Below, in pieces: positions 57,598 through 64,000 of a DNA stretch of 64,000 bases. The number at the start of each line of letters is the position of its first letter. The stretch's first letter is position 1. Source of the stretch: Thermoproteota archaeon (lineage in GTDB: Archaea > Korarchaeota > Korarchaeia > Korarchaeales > JAOZGB01); NCBI GenBank assembly GCA_037917685.1, contig JAVCBU010000006.1, positions 96,001 through 160,000 on the forward strand. Direction: 5' to 3'. The notes below the pieces were generated by a model. That model did no database searches and had not been told where the DNA came from. It worked only from the letters and a program-made list of their open reading frames with translations. A program made the position numbers and the translations under genes.

Positions 57598-58198
57598 CTA
57601 TTTTTCCTCCTTCGCTTATCTTTGCAGGAAGCTTTATAACTTCTATCTTTAGAGGTTCAACAAGCTGTATCCTGGTGATCCTTCCAGCCTCCCTTATAAT
57701 TGTTCTCCTAATATCATATGGTTCAGAGAAAATCGCTGAGATGACAAGCTCATCTATTGTAAGCTTTGGTATTAAATCAGTCATGATTTGGTTAGCTATG
57801 CGTCTGATCGCTTGCTCCTTACTCTTTCTTACCCTTCTTTCCGTCACTATAAGGTTGAAATAGTGTATCAGGTGCCCGTCGGACGTTTCGCCTCTCGTGA
57901 ATACATCCACCCTGCTTGTTCTCCGTCGTATAATGCTTCTAACGTAGTCTGCTCTAAGCGCTTCTTTGACGAAAGTGGCATATGCTTTGCTTTCATCATA
58001 AGATATAATCTTAAACCACATCTTATAGTTTTCATGTGTAAAATTTCCGGTCGTGTCTGCTACGGATATTTCTATTTTTCTACCTATCAGTGCTTCTGGT
58101 TTACTCGCCCATGTCTCGCCCAGAACCCTATTTTTAAAGATATTAGTCGCTATGACCTCATATATATTCTTAGGAGCTTTTTTCACTCGTCTCGGCAA
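57569..58198 (-). CDS. rps3ae: 30S ribosomal protein S3Ae (eS1)
   Basis: LIGRKIE, DYVRSIIRRRTSRVD, QAIRR. Confidence 0.9.
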   Translation of the reverse strand: MPRRVKKAPKNIYEVIATNIFKNRVLGETWASKPEALIGRKIEISVADTTGNFTHENYKMWFKIISYDESKAYATFVKEALRADYVRSIIRRRTSRVDVFTRGETSDGHLIHYFNLIVTERRVRKSKEQAIRRIANQIMTDLIPKLTIDELVISAIFSEPYDIRRTIIREAGRITRIQLVEPLKIEVIKLPAKISEGGKIVESIAVSSG

Positions 58199-58273
58199 CT
58201 TTGATCCCGTTACACTTTAGCCCTCTAAGGGCTTTTAAATTTCTTTAACTTTTACATCAAAGGTTAAGATAGA

Positions 58274-59107
58274 ATGAGCATCATATTCAAAGATGCCAGC
58301 TTTAAATATGCTAATGGTGAGAAATGGGCTGTTAAAGCTTTATCGTTTAGAATAGAAGCCGGAGAGAAGGTTTTAATCTCAGGTCCTAGTGGTAGTGGAA
58401 AGTCGACTATTTGCAGAATGATTAACGGCTTAATACCACATTTCTACGAAGGTGAGTTCGAAGGCGTAGTAGAGATAAATGGATTGGATACTAGAAATGT
58501 TAAGGTTGCAAGATTATCAAGAGATGTTGGGCTTGTCTTTCAAAACCCCGAAAACCAACTCGTTGCTCTAAGTGTGGAGAGAGAAATCTCATTCGGTTTA
58601 GAGAATCTGGGTATAAAGAGAGAGGAAATCCTGCAGAGAATAAACTGGGTTTTGAGACTACTTAATATTGAAAGGCTAAGGGAAAGACTTATACATGAAC
58701 TCTCCGGAGGAGAGAAACAGCTTGTCATACTTGCTGCTATAATAGCAATGAAACCTAAAATCCTAGTATTGGACGAACCAACTGCAGGGCTTGATCCTGT
58801 AAATTCGATTAGACTTGTGAACATGATAAATGACCTTTCTATTAAGCTAGGCTTAACCGTTGTAATAGTGGAACAAAGAGTAGATCTCATAGCCCCGATT
58901 GTTGATAGAGTTCTCGTCTTAGAAGAAGGCGAGATAATAGCTTATGGCAGGCCAGGGGAGGTTTACAGTATAAATAAAGTTTACAACAGCGGTTCCGCAA
59001 TACCCAAACTCGTAGAATTATATTATGAACTGCGAAGGGCTGGTGTCAACTTAGATAAGCCAGCCTTAACTGTTAAAGAGTTCTTGGAGGTGTTAAGGGC
59101 TAAATGA
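58274..59107 (+). CDS. ECF transporter ATPase EcfA
   Basis: GPSGSGKST, FQNPENQ, LSGGEKQ, LDEPT. Confidence 0.92.
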   Translation: MSIIFKDASFKYANGEKWAVKALSFRIEAGEKVLISGPSGSGKSTICRMINGLIPHFYEGEFEGVVEINGLDTRNVKVARLSRDVGLVFQNPENQLVALSVEREISFGLENLGIKREEILQRINWVLRLLNIERLRERLIHELSGGEKQLVILAAIIAMKPKILVLDEPTAGLDPVNSIRLVNMINDLSIKLGLTVVIVEQRVDLIAPIVDRVLVLEEGEIIAYGRPGEVYSINKVYNSGSAIPKLVELYYELRRAGVNLDKPALTVKEFLEVLRAK

Positions 59108-59940
59108 TCGAGGTAGAATCGGTATACTACGATTATAATGGTCATAAAGCTCTCATTGATGTCTCTGTATCTTTTGAAACCGGTAATATCTACGTAATAA
59201 TGGGAGAAAACGGTGCCGGTAAATCTACATTGCTCAAACATTTAAATGGGATACTGAAGCCAAAGTCAGGAAGAGTCCTAGTAGACGGGATTAATACCAA
59301 GGAAGCCACAGTTGCGGAACTTTGTCGGAAGGTGGGGCTTGTATTTCAGAATCCGGAATTACAGTTTTTCTGCGAAACTGTCTTTAAAGAGGTGGCTTTT
59401 GGTCCTGAGAACCTCGGCCTCGACCCTACCACTGTTAAGAGCCGTGTTGAGAATGCACTAAGAGTTGTTGGATTAACAGGTTTTGAAGAAAGGGTTCCGT
59501 GGAGCCTAAGTGGGGGTGAGATGAGGAGGTTGGCACTTGCTTCTATTCTTTCGATGGAACCTAAGTATTTGGCCTTAGATGAGCCTACCGTTGGTCAGGA
59601 TCGGTTTAGTAAGGAGAATCTTAAAGCATTAATTTGGAGGTTTAAAGAGATGGGTAAGAGCGTGATTATTGCGACCCACGATATTGAGTGGGTTTACGAC
59701 TTAAAACCGGATGAGATGATACTTATGTCTCACGGGAGGATAGTAGCTCAGGGCCCTCCATGGGAGATTCTGAATGACGATGAACTATTAAAGAAGTGTA
59801 ATCTTATTAAACCCATTCTTCTTACACTTTGTGACAGCCTTAGATTGCCTTTAAAAAACAGTACACCATCTGTAACAGAACTTGCCAGGGAGATACATAA
59901 GAAAATGGGTGGGAAGTTTGTATTATCTAGAAGCTTTTAA
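59104..59940 (+). CDS. ECF transporter ATPase EcfA'
   Basis: GENGAGKST, FQNPELQFF, LSGGEMRR, THD. Confidence 0.92.
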   Translation: MIEVESVYYDYNGHKALIDVSVSFETGNIYVIMGENGAGKSTLLKHLNGILKPKSGRVLVDGINTKEATVAELCRKVGLVFQNPELQFFCETVFKEVAFGPENLGLDPTTVKSRVENALRVVGLTGFEERVPWSLSGGEMRRLALASILSMEPKYLALDEPTVGQDRFSKENLKALIWRFKEMGKSVIIATHDIEWVYDLKPDEMILMSHGRIVAQGPPWEILNDDELLKKCNLIKPILLTLCDSLRLPLKNSTPSVTELAREIHKKMGGKFVLSRSF

Positions 59941-60652
59941 ATTTAGGAAAAAAGACACATTTCTTCACAAGTTAAATATAATTTCAAAGCTTCCTATGTT
60001 AATAGGCTTTTCTACATTATCGATACTTTTTTCAGGTGTATATTCTCAGATTTTATTATTTCTTGTTATGATTCTACTTTTTTCTTCAAGTAGGCTGTGG
60101 ACGGAGCTCTATCGATTATTTAGGGGAAACATCCTGCTCTTCATTTTAATTGTAGGTATGGATTATATTTTTACACGCGATCTATACTTTTCCATCTCGA
60201 TGGGCTTAAGACTGATCAACTTAACTGGATTCTTCTCAATATTTTTCCTCACAGTATTGCCATCGGAGTTATCTGATCTAATGACTTTCCTAAGGATGCC
60301 ATACGAGATAATCTTCGTTTTTACAACGTCGATCAGATTTATACCTGTGGTTATCGATGATATAAGGCAAATCATGGATGCTCAGAGATCCCGAGGTTTA
60401 GAACTTGACAAGGGATCGATTCTGGAGAGAATTAAGAAATACCTGCCAATTTTAGTACCCCTCGTAGTTCATTCTATTAAAAGAAGCCAGCAATTGGCTG
60501 AGGCTATCGAAAGCAGGGCTTTCGGATCAGGAGTTAAAAGAACCTCTATGTACCAGCTTAAAATCAAAATTTCAGATTTATTGTTTATTCTAATTTGTCT
60601 ATTAGTAGTCTCATTGTTTGTTTACGCAAAGATCTCACAACTCCTCTATTAA
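59882..60652 (+). CDS. ECF transporter transmembrane subunit EcfT (start uncertain)
   Basis: RFIP, AQRSRG and AIESRAF conserved Arg motifs. Confidence 0.92.
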   Translation: MPGRYIRKWVGSLYYLEAFKFRKKDTFLHKLNIISKLPMLIGFSTLSILFSGVYSQILLFLVMILLFSSSRLWTELYRLFRGNILLFILIVGMDYIFTRDLYFSISMGLRLINLTGFFSIFFLTVLPSELSDLMTFLRMPYEIIFVFTTSIRFIPVVIDDIRQIMDAQRSRGLELDKGSILERIKKYLPILVPLVVHSIKRSQQLAEAIESRAFGSGVKRTSMYQLKIKISDLLFILICLLVVSLFVYAKISQLLY

Positions 60653-61309
60653 CCTCCTTTTAGATAATTTATGAGCTAATGCTAACGGTTTTGGCATCAA
60701 TCTGTTTTCAATAAGATCTAACGTTATTTTTAGAGCTGAATCTAAGGTTATAAGGTGGCCTGGTGAAACAACGATTTTTTCTTTTCCTCTATATATTATG
60801 AAACCTACCGTCTCTCCCTTAAACTTAATAGTATAAATCCATAGTTCTCCATGCCTCATTACCTCGGAATGTTCGACTTCTCCAGCCAGACTGTTTTTAG
60901 TCACCCCAATGGTTGGTGTGTTAGTACTGAGCCCAATCTGCGATGCTAAACCACATTTTCTTGGATGATTGATACCGCAGGCATTAACAATTATCAGATC
61001 GGGCTTGATAAAGAGTCTCTTTAATGCTTTTAATGATAAATTATACTCTCTTAAACTAAAATACCCTGGGATGTATCTATTTACCTTTGCAATAGCATAT
61101 GAAATCTCCACAGGCATAGAATATTTAAGGTTGAATAAAACTGAACAGCAGACTCCGATATCTCTGTAATATGCTGCGTCTAAGCCTGCGATATATTTTA
61201 TATCAGTGTTTACATCTTCTAACCGTACTTTTTTGGAGAGATAGATCTGCTTCATGTGTAGACTATACTTGGCCCAAAGGCTATGTAAGAAACTCATCTT
61301 TATTACCAT
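60635..61309 (-). CDS. nfi: Endonuclease V family protein (third catalytic Asp appears as Asn)
   Basis: AGLDAAY, YIPGYFSLRE, VNACGINHPRKCGLAS, PTIGVTK, VSPGH. Confidence 0.88.
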   Translation of the reverse strand: MVIKMSFLHSLWAKYSLHMKQIYLSKKVRLEDVNTDIKYIAGLDAAYYRDIGVCCSVLFNLKYSMPVEISYAIAKVNRYIPGYFSLREYNLSLKALKRLFIKPDLIIVNACGINHPRKCGLASQIGLSTNTPTIGVTKNSLAGEVEHSEVMRHGELWIYTIKFKGETVGFIIYRGKEKIVVSPGHLITLDSALKITLDLIENRLMPKPLALAHKLSKRRLIEEL

Positions 61310-61330
61310 CGTATTCTACATTAGAATAGG

Positions 61331-62068
61331 ATGATAGAAGGATTAAAGCCTAGGCACCTCTACGTTCTCCTTAAGATATTCCTTTCCTCGAACGGGAAGA
61401 GCACTACTTTGTCAGAATTATCTACAATATTAAAATTTCCAAAGCAAACTGTCTCTCGTTGGGTTTCGGAGCTTTCAAATCTTGGCTACATCGAAGCTAA
61501 GAGGTATGGGAGGAATCTTATGATTACTCTTAGCGATGATGGATTGTCTACCGTGAGAACCTTATATATGATTCTTAGATCCAGATTTGAGGGATTAAAG
61601 TATAGTATTGTAATTAGCGGGATTGTAGTGAAAGGCATCGGAGATGGTAGGTATTACCTTAGCATCCCAGAATATAGAAATAGGTTGAAAGAGTTGCTTG
61701 GATACTATCCCTTTCCAGGTACCCTTAATTTGAAACTTAACTCATCCGAAGATTATAGTAACCTGAGATTGTTTCTATCTTTAGAGGAACCCCTATATGT
61801 TGAAAGTTTTGAAGCTCATGGGAGAATTTTCGGCGGGGTTAAATGCTATCCGGTTCTAATTGATAGAAAAATTAAAGGCCATCTCATCTTCCCTGAGAGA
61901 AGCCATCATGATAACACGGTAATAGAGATAATATCTATGTTTAAGCTTAGAGACAAACTTAACTTAAAGAATGGGAGTTTGGTCAAGGTTTATTTGGTTA
62001 GTACGAGCCCGGCGGGACTTGAACCCGCGACCTACGGCTCCGCAGGCCGTCGCTCTGATCCTAGCTGA
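61331..62068 (+). CDS. ribK: HTH-fused CTP-dependent riboflavin kinase (RbkR-like)
   Basis: N-terminal wHTH; GIGDGRYY, PFPGTLN, EIIS..LRDKLNL. Confidence 0.92.
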   Translation: MIEGLKPRHLYVLLKIFLSSNGKSTTLSELSTILKFPKQTVSRWVSELSNLGYIEAKRYGRNLMITLSDDGLSTVRTLYMILRSRFEGLKYSIVISGIVVKGIGDGRYYLSIPEYRNRLKELLGYYPFPGTLNLKLNSSEDYSNLRLFLSLEEPLYVESFEAHGRIFGGVKCYPVLIDRKIKGHLIFPERSHHDNTVIEIISMFKLRDKLNLKNGSLVKVYLVSTSPAGLEPATYGSAGRRSDPS

Positions 62069-62079
62069 GCTACGGGCTC
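62004..62079 (-). tRNA. tRNA-Arg(GCG)
   Basis: GAGCCCG...ACGGC-CT-GCG-GA-GCCGT...GGTTCAAGTCC...CGGGCTC-G. Confidence 0.95.
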
Positions 62080-62128
62080 TCATCCATTATTGGCCGACAG
62101 TCAATTTAAAAGTTAAACCAATAGGTTA

Positions 62129-62824
62129 TTGTGTAGAATGAGGTTTGTTTTACTTATAGGTGGGTTTCTGTTTGACCAGCCCTATACTAGTAGAGTGGGC
62201 TTGTTTAAGCAATATAGGGATTTGATATTAGAGCTTTCAAAAAGTCATGAGTTTTGTGTCGTAACAGGCGGGGGTTCTCTAGCAAGAGAGTCTATTAAAC
62301 TCTTAGATTCGTTTGGCGTGTGTCCTACCATTAAAGATAAAATAGGTATAATGGTAACAGTCTTGAATGCTTCTATACTAACTTATATACTTCAACCCAA
62401 AGCTGTTTACATAGACCTGGATAGGATAGACGATGCAATTCATCATCTTAAGGCTGGTAAAATTGTTGTTACTGGTGGGCTGTCTCCTGGACAATCTACG
62501 GATGCCGTGGCGGCTCTCCTTAGCGAGCTTATAGGTGCGGAGATTCTGATCAAGGCTACCGATGTAGACGGCCTATACTCTACAGATCCACGTATAGATA
62601 AGAATGCGGTTAAGATAGACAATATATCAGTTAATGAATTGATTAAACTTCTAAGTAAACAGAATTTCAGCCCGGGAACCTATGAGATATTCGACCTTGT
62701 TGCCGCCAAGATTCTTAAAAGATCTGGTATACCATGTAGAATCGTTGATGGTCGAAATGTTGAAAATGTTTTGTACGCTATCAATGGTAAGGAAATAGGA
62801 ACTTTAATATTTTCAAGTGGGTAG
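62129..62824 (+). CDS. pyrH: UMP kinase
   Basis: VVTGGG, GGLSPGQSTDAVAA, TDVDGLYSTDP. Confidence 0.93.
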   Translation: MCRMRFVLLIGGFLFDQPYTSRVGLFKQYRDLILELSKSHEFCVVTGGGSLARESIKLLDSFGVCPTIKDKIGIMVTVLNASILTYILQPKAVYIDLDRIDDAIHHLKAGKIVVTGGLSPGQSTDAVAALLSELIGAEILIKATDVDGLYSTDPRIDKNAVKIDNISVNELIKLLSKQNFSPGTYEIFDLVAAKILKRSGIPCRIVDGRNVENVLYAINGKEIGTLIFSSG

Positions 62825-62838
62825 GGAGGTAGTTAAGT

Positions 62839-63162
62839 ATGCGTTGGCGGGAGGTTTCGTTAACAGGCTTTATTATTGGTGAACTCATATATGGTTTGAT
62901 ATACTCTGTGATAGTCTTTATAGTATCGCTTGCGATCGGAGAATACGGGGTATGGGTTTTCCTCCAGTGGATGCTAGACCCTGAGAAGATTTATCGTTAC
63001 TTCTACATTGTGGTTGGAATAGTTTCAACACTGTTTTGTGTAGTGCCGATGTATAACAAGCGTTTTGTTCAATTGCTGGGTGTAGTTCTATTCTTGATAA
63101 TTTTCTGGCTTCTCCTAACGAAAAAGTTCGGATATGACCCGATAACAACATTCTTTGGATAA
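62839..63162 (+). CDS. Hypothetical membrane protein (about 3 TM)
   Basis: GGAGGT RBS; three hydrophobic segments. Confidence 0.65.
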   Translation: MRWREVSLTGFIIGELIYGLIYSVIVFIVSLAIGEYGVWVFLQWMLDPEKIYRYFYIVVGIVSTLFCVVPMYNKRFVQLLGVVLFLIIFWLLLTKKFGYDPITTFFG

Positions 63163-63269
63163 AAGGGTGCTCCGGTATAGGTTTAAATATCGGTTTAAAT
63201 TTCCCGTTTTAATAAGAAAATCTTAGTTTGTCTGCAAATAAATTACAAAATTAATTAGCTATTTTACGA

Positions 63270-63998
63270 CTAACCAAATCTTCCGTTGATATAATCTTTG
63301 GTTAATTTGTTTTTGGGGTTTGTGAATATTTTTTGTGTGGATCCATGCTCTATGAGGTTTCCCAGATAAAGGAACGCCGTGTAGTCGGAAACGCGGGTTG
63401 CTTGTTGCATGTTATGCGTGACCACAACTACAGTATAATTATTTTTTAATGTTCGGATTAGTTCTTCGATTTTTCTGGTTGTTGTTGGATCTAGGGCTGA
63501 GCATGGTTCGTCCATTAATAGTACTTCTGGCTTTACGGCTAATGCCCTTGCTATGCAAAGCCTTTGTTGCTGGCCAACTGATAATTCAAATGCGGAATCG
63601 TGGAGTCGGTCATGCACATCGTCCCATAATCCGACTACACGTAAACATTTCTCTACTACTCTGTCTAAAGCCTTCCTGTCCTTCACCCCGTGTATTCTAG
63701 GTCCGTATGCAACATTTTCGTAAATTGATTTTGGAAGGGGATTTGGCTTTTGGAAAACCATGCCAACTCGTTTCCTTAAATCTGTAAGGTCTATTCCCGG
63801 ATTGTAAATGTTTTTCCCATTAAGCAAAACCTTTCCACTAACACGTGCTCCATCGACCAGCTCGATAAGACGGTTTAACGTCATAAGGAAGGTGGATTTT
63901 CCGCAACCAGAAGGCCCAATAATGGCTGTAACTCTCCTTTCCGGAATCTTTATGTTGATGTCCTTTAGGACGTGGTTGTCTCCGTACCAGACGTTTAG
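63270..63998 (-). CDS. pstB: Phosphate ABC transporter ATPase (5' end outside the window)
   Basis: [53 protein letters not shown]. Confidence 0.95.
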   Translation of the reverse strand, partial: LNVWYGDNHVLKDINIKIPERRVTAIIGPSGCGKSTFLMTLNRLIELVDGARVSGKVLLNGKNIYNPGIDLTDLRKRVGMVFQKPNPLPKSIYENVAYGPRIHGVKDRKALDRVVEKCLRVVGLWDDVHDRLHDSAFELSVGQQQRLCIARALAVKPEVLLMDEPCSALDPTTTRKIEELIRTLKNNYTVVVVTHNMQQATRVSDYTAFLYLGNLIEHGSTQKIFTNPKNKLTKDYINGRFG

Positions 63999-64000
63999 AT

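Noticed and set aside
1904-63700. Numerous antisense and alternate-frame ORFs in the track
   Set aside because: They are shadows of well-supported genes, Ser/Leu/Phe-rich and without motifs

Overview
Core chromosomal segment of a non-euryarchaeal, probably thermophilic archaeon. The combination of eS30, PolD DP1, a histone, Hef, no fusA in the str operon, an EF-1alpha lacking the full crenarchaeal 11-aa insert and tRNAs with very short or non-canonical introns suggests a deep TACK lineage such as Korarchaeota; this is inference. The window holds the L30e-nusA-rps12-rps7-tuf-rps10 cluster, a split rpl3-rps19 operon, thermosome/eS8/SRP19/Gar1/Trm1, box C/D RNP genes, Elp3, a replication cluster (DP1, Cdc6, histone), class III RNR, a divergent type IV pilus-like locus, the exosome/proteasome/RNase P superoperon, an ECF module and four tRNAs. 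Highlights not in the ORF track: (i) a candidate replication origin at about 37.2-37.35 kb, with inverted ORB-like boxes around an AT-rich core, at an A+C to G+T strand-bias flip, about 5.5 kb from cdc6 and surrounded by gene relics; (ii) a 56-aa FeS-domain-only TFEbeta/RPC34-like ORF between gar1 and trm1; (iii) a 10-nt canonical and a 13-nt D-loop tRNA-Ser intron; (iv) a 49-aa pilin-like ORF in a T4P locus whose ATPase has a Cys-rich N-terminus; (v) an internally deleted cysK relic. All calls come from reading motifs by eye; no searches were run.
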